Shown in pieces: positions 1-10,597 of a stretch of 64,000 bases of DNA; positions within the stretch are counted from its first letter, which is position 1, and each line of letters opens with the position of its first letter. The position numbers were made by a program, and so were the translations under genes. The notes under the pieces are model-generated. The model was given only the letters and a program-made list of their open reading frames with translations. It did not search any database and was not told the origin of the DNA. Source of the DNA: a virus; IMG/VR virus record IMGVR_UViG_3300009149_000001, positions 10,199 to 74,198 of that record, one strand, 5' to 3'.

Positions 1-2
1 AT

Positions 3-506
3 GAAACACCAGCTAGAGTTACAAAGTGGTTATCTGGTTATCAATCATTAACTAAAGATGAATGTAAATCTAAATCAATTGAAGATTTAAGTAAAAGATT
101 CCCAACTAACAATACTAACATGGTTGTAGTAGGACCAACTAAATCATTTTCATTATGTCCACATCATTTACTACCAATTGAATATGATGTCTGGGTTGGT
201 TACTTACCAGGTACTGAAGTATGTGGCTTGTCAAAGATACCAAGAGTGATCCAAAACTTTAGTAGATATCCATTTATTCAAGAAGACTTTACTGAAAACA
301 TTGCACTAGCAATTGAGGAAGGTTTAAAGACTAAAGGTGTTATGGTTTGGGTATCGGGTGTACATAATTGTATGAGAATGCGAGGTGTCAAACAACCAAA
401 TGCAAAGACTACTACATCAGCTTTAAAAGGATACTTTAGAAATCCACCGCCAGGTAAGGATCCTAGAGGAGAGTTCCTTGAAGCTATACGTGGAATCAAT
501 ACTTAA
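3..506 (+). CDS. folE: GTP cyclohydrolase I (5' truncated by window)
   Basis: Frame is open from base 3 (ETPARVTKW...). Motifs SLCPHHLLP, GLSKIPR, IQE, HNCMRMRGVK are present. Confidence 0.95.
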   Translation, partial: ETPARVTKWLSGYQSLTKDECKSKSIEDLSKRFPTNNTNMVVVGPTKSFSLCPHHLLPIEYDVWVGYLPGTEVCGLSKIPRVIQNFSRYPFIQEDFTENIALAIEEGLKTKGVMVWVSGVHNCMRMRGVKQPNAKTTTSALKGYFRNPPPGKDPRGEFLEAIRGINT

Positions 507-529
507 ATACCATATAAGGAATTATAATT

Positions 530-754
530 ATGAAGAAAAATTGTGAACATATAACTCAATGTGAAAAATGCGAGAGCAATATTTGCTCATATTGTGTAGA
601 AGATTGTGATGGGTGTTCAATTGAAGCCTGTGAACCCTGCTTTGTAGAACATATGAAGAAATGTGAAACCTGTTCAGTGTTAACTTGTCCACAAAACTTT
701 GCTGGTAAAATGTGTTTATCCTGTGATGCTCAAGCTAATATGAAGGTATATTAA
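530..754 (+). CDS. Cys-rich zinc-binding protein
   Basis: Seven CxxC-type pairs in 74 aa. Confidence 0.6.
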   Translation: MKKNCEHITQCEKCESNICSYCVEDCDGCSIEACEPCFVEHMKKCETCSVLTCPQNFAGKMCLSCDAQANMKVY

Positions 755-755
755 T

Positions 756-1493
756 ATGGAAATGTGGGGCAAGAATGTTGAGTCAGTGTGGAGATCAGCA
801 AATACTTTACTAGAAGTTGGTTGTAAAAATACTTTAGTTATATTATCAGGGGGAATGGATTCCGCTACTTGTTTGGCATTGGTTAAGTATATGAAACCAA
901 AGTCAATGCATGCTATTACTTTCGATTATGGACAAAAACACAATAATGAAACACTCCAAGCTCAGGAGATTGCTAACAGGTTCGACGTCGGGTGTACTGT
1001 TATTGATCTTAATAATCTCGCTGATCATTTCAATACGGCTCTCGGGAAAAATTCAACCTTAGAGATACCTGAAAACCATGTAGAAGGTGAAGTTCCTAAT
1101 ACATATGTACCTTTCAGGAATACAATCATGTTATCAATTGCTGCAGGTTATGCAGAGAGTTGGGGATATGAACAAATTGTATATGGTGCAAATGTAATAG
1201 ACTATTCTGGCTATCCAGATTGTAGACCTGAATACATTGATGAGATGAATGATGTATTAAGAATACATGGTTCACTATCTATTCAAGCACCAATTGCATT
1301 ATTAACAAAGACTGATGTAGTAAGACTTGGTGAAAAACTACAAGTACCTTGGGAATTAACATGGAGTTGTTATAGAGGTGGAGAGAAAGCTTGTGGCAAA
1401 TGTCCAAGTTGTAAGTATAGGAAAATGGGATTTGATGGAGCACAAGTTAAAGATCCAATCACTTATGAAGGACCTAGCGACTCTCAAGAGTAG
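756..1493 (+). CDS. queC: 7-cyano-7-deazaguanine (preQ0) synthase
   Basis: Motifs SGGMDS, FDYGQ, YVPFRN, GYPDCRP and SCY..CGKCPSC..R. Confidence 0.95.
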   Translation: MEMWGKNVESVWRSANTLLEVGCKNTLVILSGGMDSATCLALVKYMKPKSMHAITFDYGQKHNNETLQAQEIANRFDVGCTVIDLNNLADHFNTALGKNSTLEIPENHVEGEVPNTYVPFRNTIMLSIAAGYAESWGYEQIVYGANVIDYSGYPDCRPEYIDEMNDVLRIHGSLSIQAPIALLTKTDVVRLGEKLQVPWELTWSCYRGGEKACGKCPSCKYRKMGFDGAQVKDPITYEGPSDSQE

Positions 1494-1705
1494 AGGGTTT
1501 GGGCGAAGAGCCTTTATGGAGAAGAAGTACTATCTATTAAAGAAGTATGGTTTAATTAAAATGGATGAAGATTTATGAATATAAAATATTGCCCTGGTTG
1601 TAGACAAGGTTGTTTCAATGAGACACCTCTAAGTAACATATGGTATTGCCAAGCCTGTAAATTAAGAATTTACATATCATCAGTTGCCAAAGTGGAAGTT
1701 AAATA

Positions 1706-2374
1706 ATGAAAAAAGAATATGAACTGATAGTAGACAGTCGAGAAAAGAGTAATGCTACTGATGTATTAGATAAAGCAGGTATTGCATATACTAAAGAGGC
1801 TTTGCCTACTGGTGATTATATGATTAGAGTCCCTGAAGGAGAGATCACAGTGGAAAGAAAACAAATGACGGACTTTATAGGATCTTTAATGAGTGGAAGA
1901 CTTGAAGAACAACTCCGTAGACTCAGTGAGCATAAAGTTCCTATCCTTGTTATCACTGGATCATTCTCTGACTACAAGCGCTTTGCTAAATTCAAACACT
2001 TTAGCCAGGAGCATGTCGAGGGTGCAATCGCAAGTTGTGTTGTCAAGTTCGGACTTAGAGCTGTTATATGGATTCAGTCAGCACAAGACAATCCGCACGC
2101 TGCAGGAATTAAGATTACGACTAAGATCTTACAAAAGATCGCTGAAGGTAAGATTGATCAAATGCCTGATAGGAAACTCAAACGATTTAAAACAGACGCT
2201 CCATCATTGGACATCGTACGAATGATGTGCGGTGTAAGTGGTGAAACTGGTAAGAGATTACTAACTAATTTTGGTTGTATTAAGGGAATTATAAATGCAA
2301 CAGATGAGGAATTACTCAAAGTTAAAGGAATGGGTAGAACTAGAATTGCCAAGTTAAGGAAGGTATCAGAATAA
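1706..2374 (+). CDS. ERCC4/XPF-family nuclease with C-terminal (HhH)2; possible resolvase
   Basis: IVDSRE, GDY, VERK..DF..S...GRL.EQ; HhH motifs GVS and GMG. Confidence 0.9.
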   Translation: MKKEYELIVDSREKSNATDVLDKAGIAYTKEALPTGDYMIRVPEGEITVERKQMTDFIGSLMSGRLEEQLRRLSEHKVPILVITGSFSDYKRFAKFKHFSQEHVEGAIASCVVKFGLRAVIWIQSAQDNPHAAGIKITTKILQKIAEGKIDQMPDRKLKRFKTDAPSLDIVRMMCGVSGETGKRLLTNFGCIKGIINATDEELLKVKGMGRTRIAKLRKVSE

Positions 2375-2478
2375 TGAAAAATTGCACAACCTGCAAAGGA
2401 CGAGGTTACATATTGAGACCATTTATCACAAGTGAAAAAATTGTTTGTGAATGCGGTGGTTGTGGGTGCGTAGACTAG
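2374..2478 (+). CDS. 34-aa CxxCxGxG zinc-finger microprotein (paralog of 59127..59231)
   Basis: MKNCTTCKGRGYILRPFITSEKIVCECGGCGCVD; coupled by TAATG to the upstream gene; near-identical protein encoded at 59127. Confidence 0.8.
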   Translation: MKNCTTCKGRGYILRPFITSEKIVCECGGCGCVD

Positions 2479-2649
2479 TGAAATGTTTAACTTGCCCGAC
2501 AAGGGGTAAACCTAGAAATTTTAAATGTTGGTTAGAATGGCAACAGTGTAATACCTGTGCTCGACGTGACCATCCTGAGTTTTATAAACAGGGGTATGAT
2601 ATGCAGAGGATCCGGGTAAGTCAAAAATCAAGGAAATTATTAATTAACA

Positions 2650-2901
2650 ATGAATCGAAATAGCACGCAAATAATGGGTGAAATATTAGAGATCTCGCAA
2701 GAGTCTGTCCCTACTAGCACTATACTTCGATCCGTTAATCTACCACATCCCAGGTTCAAGGGATTTGTAACAAAATTAATTGAATCAGGGTTGTTGGTAA
2801 AAATACAAAACAATTATGTGATTACAAATAATGGAAGAATCTACCTCAGCGAGTATAAGAAATTCTACAATCTTGCAGGCAACTTCGGATTGGAACTCTA
2901 A
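2650..2901 (+). CDS. Archaeal winged-helix protein (HTH_45/ArnR1-like)
   Basis: NRNSTQIMGEILE...ILRSVNL...L...GLL...YVIT.NG..YL pattern, typical of Thaumarchaeota. Confidence 0.8.
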   Translation: MNRNSTQIMGEILEISQESVPTSTILRSVNLPHPRFKGFVTKLIESGLLVKIQNNYVITNNGRIYLSEYKKFYNLAGNFGLEL

Positions 2902-2902
2902 G

Positions 2903-3205
2903 ATTCCAGCTTGTAGATATTGTGGTACTAAAGCTAATTCAGATACTATTTTAAAACATCAAGGACTGCCCGACAAGTGTCCTAATGGTAAATGCAGAAG
3001 GTTAACTTCATATCTTACAGACAGTGAGATAAAGTTTAATGAAATAAAACGATTAGAAGGAAGATGGAAGAATCATGTTAAGAAAGAAGCTAAGGTGATT
3101 CCCAAGTCTTATTTATGTTTAGAATGTGAATTAATATATGAAACCGAATCCCTCCTCCAAAGACACTGTGAAAGGCGTCGACACATGCAAAGGCCCAGCA
3201 GTTGA
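2903..3205 (+). CDS. Zinc-finger protein (C4 plus C2H2); start uncertain, ATT proposed
   Basis: CRYC...CPNGKC and CLEC...H....H. The ATG at 2831 would overlap the wHTH gene by 70 nt. Confidence 0.55.
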   Translation: MPACRYCGTKANSDTILKHQGLPDKCPNGKCRRLTSYLTDSEIKFNEIKRLEGRWKNHVKKEAKVIPKSYLCLECELIYETESLLQRHCERRRHMQRPSS

Positions 3206-3420
3206 TTGTTTAGATTGTCAAGATTTACATTTTAAATCTATTGCACATGAGTGCCACTGTCATTATGATAAGAAACAGTTACCTAATCTTGGTGAATTTA
3301 TTGATGCAAAACTAGAAAGCGTATTTTATGTAAGAGATCAAGAAACCAAAGACTTGGTTGGATTACGATTAATGTTTGATAATGGAAAAGTTTTAACAAT
3401 TAAAACTACAGAGGTACAGG

Positions 3421-4578
3421 TTGCCAGACGTATATAAGGAAATAATACTTGAACTCGAAAAAAGACACGTTGCTGACGCAAGAACAATTGGACCATTCTA
3501 CATCTCAAGCATGGCAACTCATATGCTCAACATTGTTAATCAGACCAAGAGAATCTATACTGAAGGAGGATTGCCTGCCAATCTTAGACAGCATATACTC
3601 TACGTTGCTCCTCCAGGATTTGGAAAGTCTTATTATGTTAAACAATTCTTAGAACATGAAGACTATTCAATTTTAAAAGGTGTAACCTCATTTCCTGCCT
3701 TCTTTGAAGGTTCAATGACTGAGGCTGGTTTAATTGGTTCTATTGACCCTGCGACACCTGGCCAACCTCCTCGTAAGATGTATGGCTTGGCTGGCGGTGA
3801 GGGTTCTAATGCTATTGTTGGCATGGAAGAATTTGCAGCAATTACTAATTCTATGGTTCAAGAGTACAATGCTGGTCTTGATACTGCTTTACTTACTATG
3901 CTTGATTCGGGTATAGTCAATAAGAGATTAAGAAATGGAGATTTAAAATATACTAGTAACATGACATGGTGGGCTGGAACACAACCAGCTAGATTTGACC
4001 TATCATCAGGGTTAGCAAGGAGGTTTATCTTTGTAACCAAGTATCCAAAGTGGGATGACTTTAAATTAATGTCACAAAGACGCAGAGCTGCTAAGGGTAT
4101 TACAAAGTCTGCGCAAAGTAGTAAGATTTTACACGATATATTAGATCAAAGGTTTGCTTTGATCAGACAAAACGTAACTGGTATCAAATTTAAGGACGAA
4201 TTTTATGAATTAATGGATAAAAAGAAGATTATCCACTATGAAGAAGCCTTGTATGAGAGATTAGCCATCGGGTATTGGGCTATGAAAGAGGTATCTTTGA
4301 ATGGGGACATCGAAGTCAGACTAGATCCTGAGTTAGAACGCATAATAGAGATCGAACATGACAATAGAAAGCAAATTAAGAAAGGTGCAGTGTCATCTAT
4401 GGTTTGGAACATAGTTAAAGACCTACAAAGTATCGGTAAGAAGGAATTAATGGATAAGTTGCTTGATTTGTCTATGGATTATGATGAAAGTCGGTCAATA
4501 TTGAACAATTTGCTGGCTTTAGGATATTTAAAATACAATTCAGAGAATGATACGCTCATTCCTAAGAGAAGAAAATGA
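3421..4578 (+). CDS. MCM-like AAA+ ATPase (putative replicative helicase) with C-terminal wHTH
   Basis: Walker A APPGFGKS, S.TEAGL.G, Walker B MEEF, LL.MLDSG, arginine finger LARRF. Confidence 0.7.
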   Translation: MPDVYKEIILELEKRHVADARTIGPFYISSMATHMLNIVNQTKRIYTEGGLPANLRQHILYVAPPGFGKSYYVKQFLEHEDYSILKGVTSFPAFFEGSMTEAGLIGSIDPATPGQPPRKMYGLAGGEGSNAIVGMEEFAAITNSMVQEYNAGLDTALLTMLDSGIVNKRLRNGDLKYTSNMTWWAGTQPARFDLSSGLARRFIFVTKYPKWDDFKLMSQRRRAAKGITKSAQSSKILHDILDQRFALIRQNVTGIKFKDEFYELMDKKKIIHYEEALYERLAIGYWAMKEVSLNGDIEVRLDPELERIIEIEHDNRKQIKKGAVSSMVWNIVKDLQSIGKKELMDKLLDLSMDYDESRSILNNLLALGYLKYNSENDTLIPKRRK

Positions 4579-4844
4579 TTGAATATGAGCCACGGGGCCA
4601 TTTGACCTTAGGCTTTAAAGATAAGTGGATATGTACATATTGCGATGTGTGGATCCCATTGATCTACTTTTTAAGACTAAGAAAATAAACAACTTGTGTA
4701 TACCATTTTTATAAGGGTAAATTTATAAAGTATTATGAAAGAGTGTGCTAATCACTATTACCAACCTAATGGATCATGTTATTGTATTCATTGTGGAAAA
4801 TTAAAAAATTAAGATTATAGTCCTTCGACTCTATGATTAAAAAG

Positions 4845-5123
4845 TTATTCGCTTTTTAATTGGCCAGCTAAGGTTACTAATTTGTTACCCAAGAAGCTTG
4901 TACCTATTACTGATACGAATACAGTAATTGCATTTGCGTCTGTGAGTTCCACATTTAGTCCTTCGATGACTACTAATGCTGCGAGTGTTGCTATTCCTAG
5001 TGAATATGCAAATTTTCTCCATACCCAAGCTTTGCTCTCATTACCGAGTGCTGTTAAGCCTGAGACAGTTAAACCTGCAATACCGGCCAGTATTAGTGTT
5101 GTTGTCATGTTTTCAAAAACCAT
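4845..5123 (-). CDS. 3-TM membrane protein, holin-like
   Basis: Three hydrophobic segments; last gene of the late operon. Confidence 0.45.
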   Translation of the reverse strand: MVFENMTTTLILAGIAGLTVSGLTALGNESKAWVWRKFAYSLGIATLAALVVIEGLNVELTDANAITVFVSVIGTSFLGNKLVTLAGQLKSE

Positions 5124-5137
5124 TTTTGTTCTCTCCT

Positions 5138-7309
5138 TTAACTTTCAATTGATTGATTTTGAATCTTTCTCAAGATTGCTTCAATCACGCCTGTTAGCGA
5201 TACAGATCTTAATCTTACGATCCCTGTATCAGTAGATTCTAAACTCAATTTAACACTTGAGGGAGATGCATTTATCTCCATTATTCGAAAATTACCTTGA
5301 ATTTGTTTATCAGGTTGGTATATGGGGAATGTGTCTCCCGTTTGTAGATTAGAACGATTAAATTGCGTTAAAGGAACCTCGCCTTTAATGGTTGGAGTTA
5401 GTTTATTAAATTCATTTAACAGAGTAGTTGCAACAGCAGTTAGTTGGGTTACATCAGTTAGTTGATTGTTGGCAACAGTTTTTTCATAATCAAATCTTAA
5501 TGTGGTGAGTGATGAAACATTATCAGTAATTTGAATACCTGAATCACCATCTCTCTTACCAATAATATTAATTTCATTACTAAAGTTATCAACTGAAATT
5601 TCAGGAGTGGATGTGATAGTGATATCAAGTGGTTCAGTTACTACTTTTCCTTTTGTACCCATATAAACTATGAAAGATCTATTATCAAACCATACATCTT
5701 TGCCTAAGATCTCGCCTAAAACATGGAGAGCATCAAAGTGATTCTTATAAGGGAAGGCTGCAGTGACAACATCAGTTGGAAAATCTACATCTAATGACCA
5801 TACTTGGGGCATAGTAGTGTCAGCGTTTGCTGAGGCTATAATATCACCGGCAATAAGGTTTGCAGCTTTTTTATATTCCTCATGATCAGTTAAGAAGATA
5901 ACATCACTGTTTGCATTCTCCATGGCATATTGGGTTTTAATAATGTGGATAATATCAGCTGGTGGGACTTTCATAAATCTAATTTCTTCTAATTCACCAT
6001 CAGTGGTGGCAGTCTGACCAGTGTTGTTACCAATGATTAGATTGTTACCAGCATCTGAATCTGCTGTAGTGCCAGGTGCTGTTGTCTCAGTTAAAGTGGT
6101 TAAATCAACAGTTCTTGCTACACCGTTGATGTAAATGGTAGGGTTATTTGCCGCAGATGAATCATCATATTCAATATCTAATCGAAAAGGTGCGAGTATT
6201 GGTATGTCAACTGCTGTATCCCATTGGGCAGTAGTAGCGGCTGCATCCCATTCATTTTCAAATCTAAGTCTTACATTACCGGCAGTGTCTTGATCTTGGG
6301 CAATAACACGCCATGATCCTTTACCAATAATCTCACCAACACTACCTTCACCATCAGATGTCAAGTCAATCCACATAGTTAACCAACCGTTAGCGGCATA
6401 TAGATCATCAATTGTTGCACCACTAGCACAGTCTATTTTAGAATTAAGGGCATCAAAGGAGGCAGCATCAGCTATCTTACCTGTTACATAACTTATAGAA
6501 GTATCAGTACCATCGTTATTATTTTCAGTAGAATCTAAAGAGGAGGAGTGAAGGTGCTGTACCATGTTGTACCCAAAAGTAGTCAAGGTAGTAGCACTGT
6601 CCACTGTATAACAATTCTTCCAAACATTAACTATATCTTGTTGATTTGATGCTGCTGCATTATCATAGTAGATATAGAATTGAAAGTTTGAGGTGTCAGA
6701 CACTTTAGGTACCTTAGCCCATATGACTAATTCACCCGTGGTTGTATCGTACTTTTCAATTTCATGCGGAATAATTGTTACTCCATCCTTCTGAGTGATG
6801 ACAAAGTCATCGCCATCAGCTTGTGCATTGTTTGCGAAACTTGTGTTTGAGGGTATATTAATTAGTAATGGGAAATCTTTTATTTCGTCGGCCACTTTGG
6901 TTTTTAACACTAAACACTTTCTCCTGTGTAACCATAAAGGGTCCATCCATTTATCATCAGTATAGTTTAATTTCTTTTCACCATCATTAGTAAAGACTTT
7001 GCGAGTTAAGTGAAATGCTTTCTCACATACATCGACAATCATCAGACTAGGCGTTTCTGCCCTGCCACAAATCACACCATAGAAAGGAGTTAGAAATGGT
7101 AAGAATATTGATCGCTCTATTTGGATGTTTGCCTGTGCAAATTCATCATTAGGAATAGTTGTTTGAAATGTTTTAATTTGATTAAGTTTATCTTTTAAAA
7201 TCCAATTAGATGTTTTATCAAATTTAGCTTTCGCTTTGAATGGCTGTTGCCCAACCACTCCAGCTGTATCAGCTGCATTGAATTTTATAATTGTAGTTAT
7301 TTGTGTCAA
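5138..7309 (-). CDS. Tail tip/hub protein with inserted DUF2341 and LamG/ConA-like domains
   Basis: DFPLLI...DGDD..IT..DG.T.IPHEIE.YD...GEL.IWAKVP..S....FYIYY.N (DUF2341), then LamG-like IYING...IGN...G.LEEIR. Confidence 0.75.
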   Translation of the reverse strand: MTQITTIIKFNAADTAGVVGQQPFKAKAKFDKTSNWILKDKLNQIKTFQTTIPNDEFAQANIQIERSIFLPFLTPFYGVICGRAETPSLMIVDVCEKAFHLTRKVFTNDGEKKLNYTDDKWMDPLWLHRRKCLVLKTKVADEIKDFPLLINIPSNTSFANNAQADGDDFVITQKDGVTIIPHEIEKYDTTTGELVIWAKVPKVSDTSNFQFYIYYDNAAASNQQDIVNVWKNCYTVDSATTLTTFGYNMVQHLHSSSLDSTENNNDGTDTSISYVTGKIADAASFDALNSKIDCASGATIDDLYAANGWLTMWIDLTSDGEGSVGEIIGKGSWRVIAQDQDTAGNVRLRFENEWDAAATTAQWDTAVDIPILAPFRLDIEYDDSSAANNPTIYINGVARTVDLTTLTETTAPGTTADSDAGNNLIIGNNTGQTATTDGELEEIRFMKVPPADIIHIIKTQYAMENANSDVIFLTDHEEYKKAANLIAGDIIASANADTTMPQVWSLDVDFPTDVVTAAFPYKNHFDALHVLGEILGKDVWFDNRSFIVYMGTKGKVVTEPLDITITSTPEISVDNFSNEINIIGKRDGDSGIQITDNVSSLTTLRFDYEKTVANNQLTDVTQLTAVATTLLNEFNKLTPTIKGEVPLTQFNRSNLQTGDTFPIYQPDKQIQGNFRIMEINASPSSVKLSLESTDTGIVRLRSVSLTGVIEAILRKIQNQSIES

Positions 7310-7504
7310 ATATTACAGTTAGGACATATGACGTTACCGTCAATTACAGGTGCATTAGTATATCGTGTGTGACACTTATTACAATACCCCGATTGGCTAA
7401 CCTCTGATTTGTTATAACTAATGACTTTAGGAAGTTCTTCTTTATCTACGAAACCTGTAACGGCTAAGTCTTCTTCTTCAAATCTATCTTCACTGGACAT
7501 AACT

Positions 7505-7621
7505 CTAATCGCTCACTATCATATATAATTGCACAGGGAACTCATAACTAAAGACTGGCCGTTCTCTAGTGTCTGAGGCTCCAATTTGATCAAATTTAAT
7601 AATAGTTGTAATTGTGGTCAT
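7505..7621 (-). CDS. 38-aa peptide sharing its N-terminus with the tail hub protein
   Basis: MTTITTIIKFDQIG versus MTQITTIIKFNAAD; ATGA overlap with the upstream stop. Confidence 0.55.
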   Translation of the reverse strand: MTTITTIIKFDQIGASDTRERPVFSYEFPVQLYMIVSD

Positions 7622-8181
7622 CGCCAAATAAACGCATAAGATATTAGAGCTGCATCACCGGAATTAAGAACTATCCCAGCTGCTAAAACACCTCGTGCAA
7701 ATAAATCACCTGTCACATCTGGGGTAAAGAATATAGCTAATTCGTTAATAGTTTGAGGTCTAGTATATTTTGTTGAACTAATAAAACCATCAATTGTTAT
7801 ATGAAATGGTGATGAAGATGATCTAGTTTGAGATGTTGCAGGTATACGATCAGCTGTGGTTAAAGGGGTTTCAGTATCAGTATCACCAATGACTGGTGTA
7901 GTAGTACCTGAACCTGGTTCAATGAAACCAATATCTAAATTAGTTACTTCTGCTCCAACTAAAATATCACCCATATGTTTAAGTCCCACATCAGTTAAAA
8001 TATTATAACCAATTTGTTTAGATTTTGACCCATCTGGATGAGTAATTATAACTTGTAATTTTCCATATCTATGAATGAGCCCTAATTTAATACCAGCTGA
8101 TACTATGAAAGTTTGAACACGTCTAGGTAATTTACCATACCAATGAGATTTAGATATTCTAAAATTGTCAGTAATATTCAT
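7618..8181 (-). CDS. Minor tail/baseplate protein
   Basis: N.LTD.G, GSGTT.P...DT, INELA.F...G.LFAR pattern; tail module context. Confidence 0.6.
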   Translation of the reverse strand: MNITDNFRISKSHWYGKLPRRVQTFIVSAGIKLGLIHRYGKLQVIITHPDGSKSKQIGYNILTDVGLKHMGDILVGAEVTNLDIGFIEPGSGTTTPVIGDTDTETPLTTADRIPATSQTRSSSSPFHITIDGFISSTKYTRPQTINELAIFFTPDVTGDLFARGVLAAGIVLNSGDAALISYAFIWR

Positions 8182-8190
8182 AATAATTAA

Positions 8191-8445
8191 CTAAGGCTTA
8201 CCAGCTTTATGATCTGAATGGCCCTTCTTACCATTATGATGATGATGATACTCATGTAAAAGGTCTATTTTAGTAAATACCAGTACGTGTATTATATATG
8301 ATGAAGCAATTCCAATAGGCCAAAACACGGGATCCCCTTCAAGAGCAATATACCAGGCAGCTAGAACTGAGGCTTCAAATATAATATGAAAGCCTACTTT
8401 GATAACATTCTTTGTAAAATGCTCTTTCCATTTCCAATTAGTCAT
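8191..8445 (-). CDS. 2-TM membrane protein with His-rich C-terminus
   Basis: Two hydrophobic helices followed by HEYHHHH..GHSDH. Confidence 0.55.
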   Translation of the reverse strand: MTNWKWKEHFTKNVIKVGFHIIFEASVLAAWYIALEGDPVFWPIGIASSYIIHVLVFTKIDLLHEYHHHHNGKKGHSDHKAGKP

Positions 8446-9212
8446 TTCTTTTTAATTATTAATGCATTCAATGCAATTGATATACCAGATATATCCTCTT
8501 TTTTAATAATAGCTGTGACTTTAGGCTTGCTAGGTGATCTGTCCACATTGCCTTCAAATGGAACATCACATATAATATTCTTGCAGGGGATAGAACCTAT
8601 TTCTTTATTATCTTTCATGTACGTACAATACCAAGTATTTTCATGAATATTGTAACGAAGTGAAATATGATCAAAATCTTCTTTAATTGATTGTACTATC
8701 TGATTTCCTATATCCCCCTTGCCAGTAAGTACAAATTCACCAGGCTTTACCTCATCCAATATCTCAATATCCTTCTTGGCTACAACAAATCTACCATGCC
8801 ACACACCATCTTCCCAAGACATTGTACTAAACGGACAGTTGACTTTGACATTATCTGCAATATAGTTGAAAAGATGTTTATTATTTACATCCATGAAATT
8901 CAACATCCATTTATGATTATTAGGATCGCCTTCGGCGTAAATAAATCCAATCTGTATGTGATCATAAACCATTTCAGAAGTTAATAAATTTGTATTTTTA
9001 TATTTCTTTGCAATCTCCTTAAGAGACATCGAGCCTTTGGGAGTTTCTACACCTTGATAATCATTATCAAAGTTTACAAAGTAAAATGGCTCTTTATCAT
9101 TCTCAATATCAATAAATACCTTCGGAATAATCTTGAACTTTATTATGTGCCCAGTTTCTGTTTTAATCTCTATAATATGTTCATTAGATTTTATAGGTTT
9201 AAATAATGTCAT
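8442..9212 (-). CDS. Hypothetical protein (start re-placed at ATG 9212)
   Basis: TATA-like TTTAAGTA about 25 nt upstream of ATG 9212; avoids overlap with the upstream gene. Confidence 0.6.
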   Translation of the reverse strand: MTLFKPIKSNEHIIEIKTETGHIIKFKIIPKVFIDIENDKEPFYFVNFDNDYQGVETPKGSMSLKEIAKKYKNTNLLTSEMVYDHIQIGFIYAEGDPNNHKWMLNFMDVNNKHLFNYIADNVKVNCPFSTMSWEDGVWHGRFVVAKKDIEILDEVKPGEFVLTGKGDIGNQIVQSIKEDFDHISLRYNIHENTWYCTYMKDNKEIGSIPCKNIICDVPFEGNVDRSPSKPKVTAIIKKEDISGISIALNALIIKKK

Positions 9213-9270
9213 ACTTTTTCTATTACTACAACCTCTGTACTTAAAGACTTGTGATCTAAACAACTTTACC

Positions 9271-9807
9271 TTATGATTTGATATTGTCAAAAATACAATC
9301 GGCATACGGGCCATCTTGGTTGACATAATGAAAAAAGCCTTGGGCTTGATACTTGACTCTTTTATCAGCTTCCTGTCTCCAGTGGGTTAATTCACATCCC
9401 ATGTAAATTAATCCGTCACCAGGTTCTAAAATAACTTCGTAATCCTTATCATCACTTCCTGTAATCCATATTGGCCAAGAATAATCTCCATCATACCCCA
9501 AATTCATAGTGACGGACACTTCACAGGCTGGTCTATCTTTATGTGGTGCTAACATGGATATGGCATTATATTTTCTAGAATAATTGTATGTTGGATATAA
9601 TTTATAATCGGTAAGTTTTTCAATTTTTGGTAATAGCCTAATATGTGTTTTATTAAGTTCTATATTGTTGTAAAATGCCGGAGCACCAGGAGTTAGTCTA
9701 TCATCTTTCCCAGTTAATTCTCTAAAATATTCTAATAAATTTGGAATGTCTTTGGTATGATTATTAACATCATATAATCCTCGGACTACAAGAAATCCAA
9801 GATTCAT
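9271..9807 (-). CDS. 2OG-Fe(II) oxygenase (cyanophage type)
   Basis: YPTY.YSR.Y, HKD, WPIWI, PGD.LIY.GC...HWR. Confidence 0.8.
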   Translation of the reverse strand: MNLGFLVVRGLYDVNNHTKDIPNLLEYFRELTGKDDRLTPGAPAFYNNIELNKTHIRLLPKIEKLTDYKLYPTYNYSRKYNAISMLAPHKDRPACEVSVTMNLGYDGDYSWPIWITGSDDKDYEVILEPGDGLIYMGCELTHWRQEADKRVKYQAQGFFHYVNQDGPYADCIFDNIKS

Positions 9808-10496
9808 TGATATTTATACGATCCTTCATTGATAGATAACCAAAAGTTAATACTAAATCGCCCATCCTCAAACTTATTGCCCAACAACTTTACCGTTTCA
9901 ACAGCATGCCATGTTGTATCAGATTGAAATATAACTGCTCTATTATGTTTAGGTTGAATTTTGAGTGTATCAGATAAATTATTTCCTGCCAATATTAATT
10001 CACCTCCTTCGAATTGTTCAGGTTCATTGTTTAAATAATAACACAAAGTTACCAGTCTACTGTTGGTACCCAGTGATCGATCTGTATGATATCCATAGAA
10101 ATCACACATTCCGTAACGTGAAAGAATAGTCTCCGAGTAGTTAGTAGAATTTAATATATGAAAGAAGCCTTTGTTCGTAATTGATTTTAGGAACATAGGA
10201 TGTAGTACTTCATCATGAAGTGCCTTTAATATCACTGATTTTTCTCTTTTATTTTCGTATAATGTATCTAAATATACGACATCATTCTGTCTGATTTTTT
10301 GTTTGTCATATTCTATTTCTTTTAGACAAGCATCACAGCCATCTTGAGCATGTGCAACACCTCGTGTTTTAGCAGGTACGTAAAATGTTTCTAATCTAGA
10401 ACATTCTTCCAAACAAGCTTGAGCCAACTTTGGGGATAAAAAATTATCAATAATGATGTGAGGTTCTGGTGAATCGTAATAGTTAAAAGTTTTCAA
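9804..10496 (-). CDS. 2OG-Fe(II) oxygenase, prolyl-hydroxylase-like
   Basis: IIIDNFLS, HTD, FEGGEL, P..NRAVIF, WHAV, RFS. Confidence 0.85.
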   Translation of the reverse strand: MKTFNYYDSPEPHIIIDNFLSPKLAQACLEECSRLETFYVPAKTRGVAHAQDGCDACLKEIEYDKQKIRQNDVVYLDTLYENKREKSVILKALHDEVLHPMFLKSITNKGFFHILNSTNYSETILSRYGMCDFYGYHTDRSLGTNSRLVTLCYYLNNEPEQFEGGELILAGNNLSDTLKIQPKHNRAVIFQSDTTWHAVETVKLLGNKFEDGRFSINFWLSINEGSYKYQ

Positions 10497-10597
10497 ATTC
10501 TTATATGTCCATTAATTGTAATTCTAGTTCCATATTTAATAGGTTTGACCCTATGAGGTATCCATTACGACAATTATAATTATTTTGTCTAATACAC

